Part shown: piece by piece, positions 49,731-59,834 of the stretch | Layout: every line of letters begins with the position of its first letter | How positions within the stretch are numbered: position 1 is the stretch's first letter | Assembly: GCA_944326315.1 (NCBI GenBank) | Contig: CALVDP010000003.1 | Coordinates: 3,842-67,841, forward strand | Direction: 5' to 3' | Length of the DNA stretch: 64,000 nucleotides | From: an uncultured Bacteroidales bacterium | Lineage (GTDB): Bacteria > Bacteroidota > Bacteroidia > Bacteroidales > UBA932 | Notes under the pieces: model-generated | Seen by the model: only the letters and a program-made list of their open reading frames with translations | The model's database searches: none | Told to the model about the DNA's origin: nothing | Translations under genes and position numbers: made by a program

Positions 49731-52700
49731 ATGATGACTGTTGCAGACAACAAGATACTCATCCTGGACGGTGCCATGGGTACCATGATACAGCGCTACT
49801 CCCCTGTTGAAGACGGGAACAACGACAGGCTGAACATAGAGGCTCCTGACGTGATAGCCGCCATACATAAGGAATACATAGAAGCCGGCGCGGATATCAT
49901 CGAGACTAACACGTTCAGTTCCAACCGCATATCGCAGGAAGAATACGGCCTTTCAGACAAGGCCGCGGAAATGGCTTATGCAGGCGCATGCATCGCAAGG
50001 CGGACTGCAGACAGCTATATCGCCGCAGGAAGGAAAGTCTATGTTGCAGGAAGCGTAGGCCCGACGTCCAAGTCATTGTCCCTGTCGCCGGATGTGAATG
50101 ACCCTGCGTACAGGCCGTATTCGTTCGATGAAATTTCAGCCGCATACAAGGAACAGATTGAAGCCCTGGCCAGGGGCGGTGCGGATGCGGTATTGATTGA
50201 AACATGCTTCGACGCGCTCAACGTCAAGGCCGCACTGTCAGCTGTCTCGGCACTCTTCCCGGAGAAGGATTTCCCGGTAATGATATCCGTATCTGTCGGG
50301 GACAAGAGCGGCAGGACTCTTACCGGACAGACACTTGAGGCATTCTACACCGCGGTCCGGCATTATCCTCTGCTGTCATTCGGTTTGAACTGTTCACTTG
50401 GAGCTGAAGGACTGGCACCGCTGGTGCGTGATGTGGCGTCATTCGCAGAATGCGCTGTAAGCTGTTATCCCAATGCCGGGCTTCCGAACGAACTCGGAGG
50501 CTACGACGAGACCCCTGAGAAAATGGCTGCGGACATGAAGGCCATGGCGGCAGAAGGACTCCTGAATATTGCCGGAGGATGCTGCGGCACCACCCCTGCA
50601 CACATCAAGGCCATTGCCGGGGCCCTTGAAGGTATCCGTCCCAGACCGGTTCCCATCAAGTCACACGGCACGGTCCTCAAGGTAAGCGGGCTTGAGACAG
50701 TGACACTTGACCGCTTCACCAATATAGGTGAACGCACCAATGTGGCCGGGTCCAGGAAATTCGCACGTCTCATATCTGAAAAGAAATACGAAGAGGCGCT
50801 TGCAATAGCCGCCGGACAGATAGAAGGAGGAGCCCCTGTCATCGACATCAACATGGACGACGCCATGCTTGACAGTACCAGGGAAATGACCGTCTTCACC
50901 CGTTACATATCCAATGACCCGAATGTGGCCAAGGCTGCGCTCATGATAGATTCTTCACATGAAGACACCCTCGTGGCCGGTCTGAAGAACGCACAGGGAA
51001 AGTCCATCGTGAACTCCATCAGCCTTAAGGACGGGGAAGAGGAATTCCTCCGGAAGGCACGTCTGGTCCACGACCTCGGCGCTGCCATGGTGGTGATGGC
51101 TTTCGACGAACAGGGGCAAGCCACATGCTACTCCAGGAAAACTGAAATATGTGCCAGGGCATACAGGCTGCTGACAGACGCGGGGATACCTCCGGAAGAC
51201 ATCATCTTCGACGTGAATGTACTGTCCGTGGCCACGGGCATTGCGGGCCATGCCAGATATGCGGCAGACTTCATCGATGCCGTCAGGTGGATCAAGGAGA
51301 ATCTTCCGGGAGCCCTCACTTCCGGTGGAATTTCCAATCTTTCATTTGCATTCAGAGGCAACAACAGGGTCAGGGAAGCCATGCATTCGGCATTCCTGTA
51401 CCATGCTCTGGAGGCAGGTCTTGACATGGCCATCGTAAACCCGTCAATGCTGGAAGTATATGATGACATCGACCCGGAACTGCTGGAAAGAATCGAGGAT
51501 GTCATCTTCGACAGGAGACCTGACGCGACCGACAGGCTTATTGAAATAGCAGGAAGGATCGCAGGAGAGACTGCCGCCTCCCCTGCCGGCGACAGTTCCG
51601 CTCATGGTGATGGCGCCACAGACGCAGGCACTCCTGAAGACAGGATACGGAAAGCCCTGGTCAAAGGCAGGGCCGACAATATGGAAGCAGACCTTGCAGC
51701 GCTGCTCAGGGAGAAAGGAAGTGCGGTAAGGGTCATCGAAGAGACCCTGATGTCCGGCATGGAGACAGTCGGGGAATATTTCGGGGAAGGCAAGATGTTC
51801 CTGCCGCAGGTCGTCAAGTCCGCAAGGATAATGAAGGATGCCGTGGACTTCCTGCAGCCGTACATGGAAGAGACTTCAGAAAGCCGGGATGCGCAATGTG
51901 GGAGGAAACCGGAAATCGTGATTGCCACGGTCAAGGGTGACGTGCATGACATCGGGAAGAACATCACCGCCATAGTATTGTCATGCAACGGCTTCCATGT
52001 CACGGACCTGGGTGTGATGGTGGAAAAGGAGAAAATCCTGGAAACGGCGGCAAGGAACAAGGCAGACATAATTGCGGTCAGCGGACTCATCACACCGTCT
52101 CTCTACCAGATGGAAGAGATATGCAGGGAGATGTCATCCAGGAAAATGGACACTCCGCTGTTCATAGGAGGGGCCACGACCTCAGCACTGCATACGGCAG
52201 TCAGGCTCGCTCCGCTCTATGACTATGTATTCTACGGGGCCGATGCCTCCGCAAGCGCAGTTATGGCCAAGAGATACATGATGGACAGGAAGAAGTTCAT
52301 AGAAGAAGAGCATCTGAAGCAGGAAAGGATACGGGCGCTCTACAATGAAGGGAAAAGGAAGGGAGAGACAGCCCCGCCTCCGTCATTCCCGGCAAAGAGC
52401 TACCTGAAGCCCGGTAATTTCTCCCTGCGGTCAATACCGGCACGCTGCATTTCCGCGGATGAGGTCATGAAACATTTCGACTGGAAACTTTTCTTCCTGA
52501 TATGCAGGATAACTGATACGGAAAGCCTGCAGGCTCTTGAACTGAAACAGGAAGCTCTGGACAAGCTCAGGCACATGGAGAAGGAGGAAGGGCTCAGGAT
52601 ATGCTATGCCATGGAATTCTACGACGCCTGGTCATCCGGCGATACTGTCGTCATGGAAAAGGACGGAACAAGCTTCAGTATCCCCATGCTGCGCCAGGAA

Positions 52701-53213
52701 GAGGCATCCGTACTCGGGGACGGCAGGAAAGCATGCCTGTCACTTGCGGATTTCGTCCCGCCGGAGAGAGAAGGTATCAGGACACCGTGCGGACTGTTCG
52801 CCATTTCAGCGGACACGGCCACCCGGCAGGACCTTACAGGGCAGGCGATCCTCGACACACTGGCAGAAGCCACGGCAACAATGCTTGACGGCATGATCAG
52901 GGATGCCATACACGAAGCAGGGACAAAGGTCATAAGGCCGGCGGCCGGATATCCGAGCCTGCCAGACCATTCTGTCAAGAAAGATATACTGGAGCATCTG
53001 CAAGGCACCGGGGAGCTTGGTATCAGTCTCACGGAAAGTTTCGGCATGAGTCCGGACGCATCCATCTGCGGCATGATATTCATGCATCCCGAAGCCACAT
53101 ACTTCGAAATAAGGCATATAAGCGGAGAGCAGTTCCTCGGCTACTGCAGGCGGAGAAACATGACCGCCAAGGAAGGAAGAGAGCTGATCGGACATCTCAC
53201 CGAAGAAGCATAA
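49731..53213 (+). CDS. metH: Cobalamin-dependent methionine synthase (single chain)
   Basis: LDGAMGT, GLNCSLG, GGCCGTT, IGERTNV, GDVHDIGKNI, C-terminal reactivation domain. Confidence 0.93.
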   Translation: MMTVADNKILILDGAMGTMIQRYSPVEDGNNDRLNIEAPDVIAAIHKEYIEAGADIIETNTFSSNRISQEEYGLSDKAAEMAYAGACIARRTADSYIAAGRKVYVAGSVGPTSKSLSLSPDVNDPAYRPYSFDEISAAYKEQIEALARGGADAVLIETCFDALNVKAALSAVSALFPEKDFPVMISVSVGDKSGRTLTGQTLEAFYTAVRHYPLLSFGLNCSLGAEGLAPLVRDVASFAECAVSCYPNAGLPNELGGYDETPEKMAADMKAMAAEGLLNIAGGCCGTTPAHIKAIAGALEGIRPRPVPIKSHGTVLKVSGLETVTLDRFTNIGERTNVAGSRKFARLISEKKYEEALAIAAGQIEGGAPVIDINMDDAMLDSTREMTVFTRYISNDPNVAKAALMIDSSHEDTLVAGLKNAQGKSIVNSISLKDGEEEFLRKARLVHDLGAAMVVMAFDEQGQATCYSRKTEICARAYRLLTDAGIPPEDIIFDVNVLSVATGIAGHARYAADFIDAVRWIKENLPGALTSGGISNLSFAFRGNNRVREAMHSAFLYHALEAGLDMAIVNPSMLEVYDDIDPELLERIEDVIFDRRPDATDRLIEIAGRIAGETAASPAGDSSAHGDGATDAGTPEDRIRKALVKGRADNMEADLAALLREKGSAVRVIEETLMSGMETVGEYFGEGKMFLPQVVKSARIMKDAVDFLQPYMEETSESRDAQCGRKPEIVIATVKGDVHDIGKNITAIVLSCNGFHVTDLGVMVEKEKILETAARNKADIIAVSGLITPSLYQMEEICREMSSRKMDTPLFIGGATTSALHTAVRLAPLYDYVFYGADASASAVMAKRYMMDRKKFIEEEHLKQERIRALYNEGKRKGETAPPPSFPAKSYLKPGNFSLRSIPARCISADEVMKHFDWKLFFLICRITDTESLQALELKQEALDKLRHMEKEEGLRICYAMEFYDAWSSGDTVVMEKDGTSFSIPMLRQEEASVLGDGRKACLSLADFVPPEREGIRTPCGLFAISADTATRQDLTGQAILDTLAEATATMLDGMIRDAIHEAGTKVIRPAAGYPSLPDHSVKKDILEHLQGTGELGISLTESFGMSPDASICGMIFMHPEATYFEIRHISGEQFLGYCRRRNMTAKEGRELIGHLTEEA

Positions 53214-53284
53214 CCTGGTCCGCGGCAGGCCTCCCGGAGAGAGAGGAAAATCCAACGGACCGACCTTAAACAAACAGCAGGAAA

Positions 53285-54208
53285 ATGAAAATAAAGGACA
53301 TACTTAAGGACAGCGCCAGACCGTTTCCGTCACTGGAAATAGTGCCGCCGATGAAAGGCATCACGAACAAGGAGCTCATAGAGTCTGTCAGGCCCTTCAT
53401 GGAGTTCAAACCGCGCTATATCAACGTCACCTGCCACAGGGACGAATACGAATACAGGGAAGAGATGAACGGCACCTTTTCCCGCCACCTCGTGAGGAAC
53501 AAGGTCAGCGAAGTGGCGGTGTGCTGCGCCATAATGACAGCATACAAGATAGACGTAGTGCCACACATGATATGCGGGGGCAACACCGCCGACGAGATAG
53601 ACAACAAGCTGAGCGACCTCAAATTCCTCGGCATCGAGAATATCATGGCCCTCCGGGGTGACTGTACAGCCGGTGAAAAGAGATTCACTCCCACGGCAGG
53701 AGGCTACAGATATGCGGACGAGCTGGTCTCTGCCATCAGGAATTTCGAGAAAGGCAACGGCATTTTCAGCATAGGTGTCGGCGGCTATCCGGAGAAACAT
53801 TTCGAGGCTCCGAACATGGAGACAGACATAGCAAATCTCAAGAAAAAAGTCGATGCCGGCGCAGATTACATAGTCACCCAGATGTTCTTCGACAACAGGT
53901 ATTACTATGACTATGTGGACAGATGCCGCAAGGCCGGGATTACAGTTCCGGTCATCCCGGGGCTGAAACCGCTTACCACGGCCCGGCAGATTTCACTCCT
54001 CCCGGAATCTTTTTCCATAGACATACCTGTGGAGCTTACGTCCGAAATACAGGCTGCCGGAGATGACAGACAGGCTGTCTACCGCATAGGGACAGACTGG
54101 TGCATAGCGCAATGCAAGGATCTGCTGGCTCATGGTGTCCCGGCCGTACATTTCTACACCATGGGCAAGGCGGAGAACATTGTCCGGATACTGAGGGAAT
54201 GCTTCTGA
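53285..54208 (+). CDS. metF: 5,10-methylenetetrahydrofolate reductase
   Basis: SLEIVPP, ALRGD, VGGYPEKH, GADYIVTQMFFD, HFYTMG. Confidence 0.93.
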   Translation: MKIKDILKDSARPFPSLEIVPPMKGITNKELIESVRPFMEFKPRYINVTCHRDEYEYREEMNGTFSRHLVRNKVSEVAVCCAIMTAYKIDVVPHMICGGNTADEIDNKLSDLKFLGIENIMALRGDCTAGEKRFTPTAGGYRYADELVSAIRNFEKGNGIFSIGVGGYPEKHFEAPNMETDIANLKKKVDAGADYIVTQMFFDNRYYYDYVDRCRKAGITVPVIPGLKPLTTARQISLLPESFSIDIPVELTSEIQAAGDDRQAVYRIGTDWCIAQCKDLLAHGVPAVHFYTMGKAENIVRILRECF

Positions 54209-54363
54209 CGAAACTGCATTGCAATAATGACGGCAGCCATGACAACAGGGTTCTACGCATGTTCGGAGAAAACGGGAATCCCGGATGAGGGGAAAGGAGA
54301 CGGGACTGCAGCCGTCGGTGACAGCGTGGGCCGGGCATGGTATTCCGGAAAGAAGTATCAATA

Positions 54364-54560
54364 ACGTCAGTTCGACGAATTATTCTGTTCAATATCAGAG
54401 ATTCCGTCGAACTGACGTTACGATTTCTTCGAAATCCCTTTCCTTTTTCGTGTCACCCCTCTTAAATTCTCCCCTGCGTAGGGGAGAACTTACGCCGGAC
54501 TTCGTCCTCTATAGTGGTAATTCTCTGAAATTCATTCCATTCATTTCATCGAATTCACGT
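54364..54560 (+). mobile_element. MITE-like element copy B (197 bp, short central cassette)
   Basis: Ends ACGTCAGTTCGACG / CATCGAATTCACGT; flanked by perfect direct repeats TATCAATA (54356-54363, 54561-54568). Confidence 0.87.
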
Positions 54561-54800
54561 TATCAATAATAAAAATCAAACATCCAGGACGATGTGTGTA
54601 TCATCTTAATGAGAGGGGGTTCGCGGTCCATTCAGGACTTTTGATTCCCCTCTCCTGTGTCAATAAAGTCCTGGTCGCGGATTGCCTGCCCGCGACTTGC
54701 CTGATACGGACTCCCGCATGGCCGGATGAAGGTCGTTCAGGCACTCCGGGTGACATGCACATATTTCCGTTTTGCGGAACAGATGCAAAAAAAAGTTTTT

Positions 54801-54834
54801 TTTGAAGTCTCTTCCGGTTTTTCTATTAACTTTG
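54801..54834 (+). promoter_or_regulatory. Promoter of V-ATPase operon
   Basis: TTTG (54801-54804), 22-nt spacer, TAACTTTG (54827-54834). Confidence 0.6.
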
Positions 54835-54891
54835 TTAGGATTGGTTTTTGCAAAACCGCAATGACACGATTATAACTAAAGATCAATAGAT

Positions 54892-55506
54892 ATGCAGAAC
54901 AAATTGCAGGAGCTGACGGACAGGCTGTACAACGAAGGTCTGTCCAAGGGAAGACAGGAAGGTGAAGCCATCCTCAACGAAGCCAAGGCGCAGGCGGAAG
55001 ATATCATAGCCAAGGCAAGGGCCGAAGCCGACAAGATACTCGCTGACGCAGGGAAAGAGGCCGACAGCCTGAAAAGCAAGGTCGAAGGGGACCTTAAAAT
55101 GGCCGCAGGACAATGCCTCACCGCTCTCAGACAGGATATCGGCAACATGCTGGTGAACAAGATTTCCGACAAGGAAATCACGGACGCCCTCACATCCGGT
55201 GAATTCGTCAGGGATGTCATCATATCCGTAGCCAAGGCTTTCAATCCAGACGCCTCAAGTCCGGAAGCGCTCACGGTCATCCTGCCGGAATCCTTCCAGG
55301 AAAAGACCAGGTCATATCTCCGCAAGGAACTCGCATCCGCCCTCGGACAGGGCGTCGAACTCGGTTTCTCCAGAAAGATATCCGGAGGTTTCACTATCGG
55401 GCCGAAGGGTGAAGGGTGGTTCGTCAGCTTCACCGACGATACATTCAAGGAACTGATATCAGGCTATCTCAGGCCAATGACCAGAAAAATCCTGTTCGGG
55501 GAATAA
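54892..55506 (+). CDS. V-type ATP synthase subunit E
   Basis: MQNKLQELTDRLYNEG, charged helical N-terminus, first gene of the operon. Confidence 0.85.
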   Translation: MQNKLQELTDRLYNEGLSKGRQEGEAILNEAKAQAEDIIAKARAEADKILADAGKEADSLKSKVEGDLKMAAGQCLTALRQDIGNMLVNKISDKEITDALTSGEFVRDVIISVAKAFNPDASSPEALTVILPESFQEKTRSYLRKELASALGQGVELGFSRKISGGFTIGPKGEGWFVSFTDDTFKELISGYLRPMTRKILFGE

Positions 55507-55517
55507 TCCGGAGCCAG

Positions 55518-56126
55518 ATGAACAACTACCATTATATCATAGCCGGACTTCCCGATCTGTCCAGAGACTGGATGGCCGGGGAAACCGATGCGGATGCCAT
55601 TATCGGCGAGATCAAGAAGCTTTGCTCGTCCAGGGATGTCTCTGTCATCGAATTCCTTGAAGACGGGTACATTGCAGAGAATCTCACGGAAGAATTCTAC
55701 TTGAAGGCCCTTTCACACGGCAACAGGTTCATCCGGGAATGGTTCAGCTTCGACCTGGATGTAAGGAACGCCAAGGTCAGGTATCTCAACAGGTCTCTCG
55801 GCAGGAATACGGACAAGGACATCATATCCATCCCTGGCAGGGAACCGGAGGACATGGAGAAGCTTGACGCCGTACTTGCCGGTACAGACATCCTTTCCAG
55901 GGAGCGAGGCATGGACGATCTGTACTGGGCCAAGGCTGAGGAGCTTACGCTGTTCCACTATTTTGACCTTACCGTCATCCTGAGCTTCATTGCCAGGCTG
56001 AAGATAATAGACAGATGGATGAAGCTGGACGAAGGGAAAGGCAGGGAAATGTTCCGCAGCCTCGTTGACGAAGTCATGAGTACTTTCAAGGGCGTGGAAT
56101 ATAGCCCGTCCGGCACAATTAACTGA
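55518..56126 (+). CDS. DUF2764 family protein (subunit C-like position in V-ATPase operon)
   Basis: YHYIIAGLPDL, W...D.D.RN, HYFDLTVIL; start set at 55518. Confidence 0.75.
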   Translation: MNNYHYIIAGLPDLSRDWMAGETDADAIIGEIKKLCSSRDVSVIEFLEDGYIAENLTEEFYLKALSHGNRFIREWFSFDLDVRNAKVRYLNRSLGRNTDKDIISIPGREPEDMEKLDAVLAGTDILSRERGMDDLYWAKAEELTLFHYFDLTVILSFIARLKIIDRWMKLDEGKGREMFRSLVDEVMSTFKGVEYSPSGTIN

Positions 56127-56148
56127 CAATCAAATAATACAATACTAT

Positions 56149-57900
56149 ATGAAAAGTACAGGAAAGGTTACCGGCATTGTTTCCAACCTTGTCACGGTGG
56201 AAATATCCGGCCCTGTATCGCAGAATGAACTCTGCTATGTGACATCAGGAGGCACCCGTCTCATGGCCGAGGTCATCAAGGTCAGCGGCAGGAATGCCTC
56301 GATACAGGTCTTCGAAAGTACGCGAGGACTGAAAAACGGTGACGATGTGGAATTTGAAGGCAAGATGCTTGAAGCCACACTCGGACCGGGACTGCTGTCA
56401 AGCTGTTATGACGGACTTCAGAACGACCTCACGACCATGACAGGCGTATTCCTCCAAAAGGGTGAATACACCAAGGCGCTGGACGAAGAGAAGGAATGGG
56501 ATTTCATCCCCCTGGCCAAGGCCGGAGACAAGATGATTGCCGCGGACTGGCTCGGAGAAGTCAAGGAAGGATGGCTGCCGCACAAGATAATGGTGCCGTT
56601 CTCTTTCCAGGGAGAATATACGGTAAAGTCCGTCGTGCCTGCCGGCAAATACACGGTGACACAGACAATTGCCGTGCTCACAGATGCTTCAGGCCGGGAC
56701 ATTGACGTGACAATGACACAGAAATGGCCGGTCAAGGTGCCGATCAAGGCTTACAGGGAAAAGCCGAGGCCTGCAAGAATCATGGAAACGGGTGTCCGTG
56801 TGATCGACACCCTCGACCCGATTGCAGAAGGCGGTACGGGCTTCATCCCTGGACCTTTCGGCTGCGGCAAGACAGTCCTTCAGCATGCCATAGCCAAGCA
56901 GGGCGACGCAGATGTGATCGTGATGGCCGCCTGCGGAGAACGTGCGAACGAGGTAGTGGAGATATTCACTGAATTCCCGGAGCTGATAGACCCTCATACC
57001 GGCAGGCATCTGATGGAACGTACCACGATTATATGCAATACGTCCAACATGCCTGTCGCTGCAAGGGAGGCATCCGTGTATACGGCGATGACAATATGCG
57101 AATATTACAGGGCGATGGGGCTCAAGGTGCTGCTCCTTGCAGACTCCACCTCAAGGTGGGCTCAGGCCCTGCGTGAGATGAGCAACAGGATGGAAGAGCT
57201 TCCTGGAGCAGACGCATTCCCTGTAGACCTGTCCGCAATCATATCAAGCTTCTATGCCCGTGCCGGGATGGTCGTGCTGAACAACGGACATACAGGCTCA
57301 GTGACATTCATCGGGACAGTCTCCCCTGCCGGAGGAAACCTCAAGGAACCTGTGACGGAATCCACCAAGAAGGCAGCAAGATGCTTCTACGCTCTTGAAC
57401 AGAAGAGGGCCGACCAGAAACGCTACCCTGCCGTAAATCCGATCGATTCCTATTCAAAATATCTGGAATATCCGGAAATACAGGAATACCTCTCGGCAAA
57501 AGTCGGGAAAGGATGGGTCGAGAAGGTTGAAAAGACCAAATACATCATCCGGCGCGGAAAGGAGGCGAACGACCAGATCAACATCCTCGGAGACGACGGA
57601 GTGCCGATGAGCTATCATGAACTGTTCTGGAAATCGGAGCTCGTGGACTTCATCATACTCCAGCAGGATGCGTTCGACCCCGTGGACAGCCTCACCCCTA
57701 TGGACAGGCAGGAATACATGCTCAATCTCGTACTTGGAATCTGCGACAGAGAGTTCGGATTCGAAGACTTCGAAGAATGCCGCAACTTCTTCAAGGAAAT
57801 GATCAATCTCCTGAAACAGATGAATTACTCCGAGTTCAGGAGCGCGGATTTCAACAAATATCAGGAACAACTCAATAATCTTCTGAACAATGGCAGATAA
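56149..57900 (+). CDS. V-type ATP synthase subunit A
   Basis: GPFGCGKT Walker A, ACGERANE, ADSTSRWAQALRE. Confidence 0.95.
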   Translation: MKSTGKVTGIVSNLVTVEISGPVSQNELCYVTSGGTRLMAEVIKVSGRNASIQVFESTRGLKNGDDVEFEGKMLEATLGPGLLSSCYDGLQNDLTTMTGVFLQKGEYTKALDEEKEWDFIPLAKAGDKMIAADWLGEVKEGWLPHKIMVPFSFQGEYTVKSVVPAGKYTVTQTIAVLTDASGRDIDVTMTQKWPVKVPIKAYREKPRPARIMETGVRVIDTLDPIAEGGTGFIPGPFGCGKTVLQHAIAKQGDADVIVMAACGERANEVVEIFTEFPELIDPHTGRHLMERTTIICNTSNMPVAAREASVYTAMTICEYYRAMGLKVLLLADSTSRWAQALREMSNRMEELPGADAFPVDLSAIISSFYARAGMVVLNNGHTGSVTFIGTVSPAGGNLKEPVTESTKKAARCFYALEQKRADQKRYPAVNPIDSYSKYLEYPEIQEYLSAKVGKGWVEKVEKTKYIIRRGKEANDQINILGDDGVPMSYHELFWKSELVDFIILQQDAFDPVDSLTPMDRQEYMLNLVLGICDREFGFEDFEECRNFFKEMINLLKQMNYSEFRSADFNKYQEQLNNLLNNGR

Positions 57901-59212
57901 GGCATTTCAAAAAATATATACGCAGCTGGAGTCAATCACGAAAGCGACCGTATCACTGAGAGCCAGAGGCGTGTCGAATGACGAGCTTGCGACCGTGGAC
58001 GGAAGGCTGGCACAGGTGGTCAAGACCAGAGGAGACCAGGTCACACTCCAGATTTTCGCAGGTACGGAAGGCATTCCTACCAATGCCGAGGTCGCATTCC
58101 TCGGGGAACCCCCAACACTCAAGGTGGGCGACGGCCTTGCAGGACGTTTCTTCAACGCCTACGGACAGCCGATAGACGGAGGCCCTGAAATCGAAGGCGA
58201 GAAGAGAGAGACCGGCGGACCGTCAGTGAACCCGTACAAGAGAAGGCAGCCTTCGCAGCTCATCCCTACCGGTATCGCAGGCATAGACCTGAACAACACC
58301 CTGGTGTCCGGACAGAAAATCCCGTTCTTCGCGGATCCGGACCAGCCGTACAACAATGTTATGGCCCAGGTAGCCCTGAGGGCGGATGTCGACAAGATCA
58401 TTCTCGGAGGCATGGGACTGACAAACGACGACTACCTGTACTTCAGGCATGAATTCGAGAATGCAGGAGCGCTGGACAAGATCATCTGCTTCGTGAACAC
58501 TACGGAACAGCCGCCTGTCGAAAGGCTTCTGATTCCGGACATGGCCCTTACGGCCGCGGAATATTTCGCAGTGGACAAGAATGAAAAGGTACTTGTGCTC
58601 CTGACGGACATGACTCTCTACGCCGATGCACTCAGTATCGTCAGCAACCGTATGGACCAGATTCCTTCCAAGGATTCAATGCCCGGATCCCTCTATTCGG
58701 ACCTGGCAAAGATCTACGAAAAGGCAGTACAGCTTCCTGACGGCGGTTCAATCACCATCATTGCGGTCACTACGCTGAACGACGGAGACATCACGCATGC
58801 CATACCGGACAACACAGGTTATATTACAGAAGGCCAGCTTTATCTGCGTGCAGATCCGGATTCCGGGAAGATCATCATCGACCCGTTCCGTTCACTCTCC
58901 CGTCTGAAACAGCTCGTGATCGGGAAACAGACCAGAGAGGACCACAACCAGGTAATGAATGCCGGCGTACGTCTCTATGCAGATGCACAGAATGCAAAGA
59001 CCAAACTGGAAAACGGCTTCGACCTGAGCGACTATGACCTGCGCTGCCTCGACTATGCCAAGGAATATGCATCACGGCTTCTTGCAATAGACGTAAACAT
59101 CAAGATCGACGAGATGCTGGATACTGCTTGGGAACTTTTCGGCAAATATTTCTCAAAGGCCGAGACAGGTATCAGGCAGGATCTCATTGACAAATACTGG
59201 CCCGGGGAATGA
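57890..59212 (+). CDS. V-type ATP synthase subunit B
   Basis: GQKIPFF, TDMTLYADAL, PDNTGYITEGQ, SLSRLK. Confidence 0.95.
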   Translation: MADKAFQKIYTQLESITKATVSLRARGVSNDELATVDGRLAQVVKTRGDQVTLQIFAGTEGIPTNAEVAFLGEPPTLKVGDGLAGRFFNAYGQPIDGGPEIEGEKRETGGPSVNPYKRRQPSQLIPTGIAGIDLNNTLVSGQKIPFFADPDQPYNNVMAQVALRADVDKIILGGMGLTNDDYLYFRHEFENAGALDKIICFVNTTEQPPVERLLIPDMALTAAEYFAVDKNEKVLVLLTDMTLYADALSIVSNRMDQIPSKDSMPGSLYSDLAKIYEKAVQLPDGGSITIIAVTTLNDGDITHAIPDNTGYITEGQLYLRADPDSGKIIIDPFRSLSRLKQLVIGKQTREDHNQVMNAGVRLYADAQNAKTKLENGFDLSDYDLRCLDYAKEYASRLLAIDVNIKIDEMLDTAWELFGKYFSKAETGIRQDLIDKYWPGE

Positions 59213-59228
59213 CTAAAATGGACATATT

Positions 59229-59834
59229 ATGGCTATAAAGTTCCAATACAACAAGACCTCACTGAACGACATGGGCAAGCAGCTCAAGGTCAGGCAGAAC
59301 GCGCTCCCGACACTGAAGAACAAGGAGTCCGCCCTGAGACTTGAGGTGCGCAAGGCCAAGGCGAAAGCGGCGGGGCTTATTGAAGATCTTGACGCCTCAC
59401 TGAAAAAATATGACTATCTCGCCTCATTGTGGAACGAATTCGAACCGGGTCTTATATCCATCACCGGTGTTGACCTGGGAACAGTGAAAGTGGCCGGGGT
59501 GAAGACGCCGGAGCTTAAGGGAATCCATTACGAGATCCACGACTTCAACGCCTTCGCCAAGCCGGCGTGGTACGCTGACGGAGTGGCCATCCTGAAAGAG
59601 CTTTCGAGACTGGGGATTGAATCCGAAGTCTACAAGGAAAAGAGCAGGATTCTGGATTTCCAGCGCAAGAAAACGACGCAGAAAGTGAATCTGTATGAAA
59701 AAGTCCAGATTCCCGGATACCTGGAGGCCATCCGGAAAATCAAGCGTTTCATGGAAGACGAGGAAAATCTGTCCAAGGCTTCATCCAAGATAGTCAAGAA
59801 CAGACATGAAGCGGAAGAGGAGGCAAGGATATGA
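59229..59834 (+). CDS. V-type ATP synthase subunit D
   Basis: LPTLKNKESAL, KTTQKVNLYEKVQIP. Confidence 0.92.
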   Translation: MAIKFQYNKTSLNDMGKQLKVRQNALPTLKNKESALRLEVRKAKAKAAGLIEDLDASLKKYDYLASLWNEFEPGLISITGVDLGTVKVAGVKTPELKGIHYEIHDFNAFAKPAWYADGVAILKELSRLGIESEVYKEKSRILDFQRKKTTQKVNLYEKVQIPGYLEAIRKIKRFMEDEENLSKASSKIVKNRHEAEEEARI

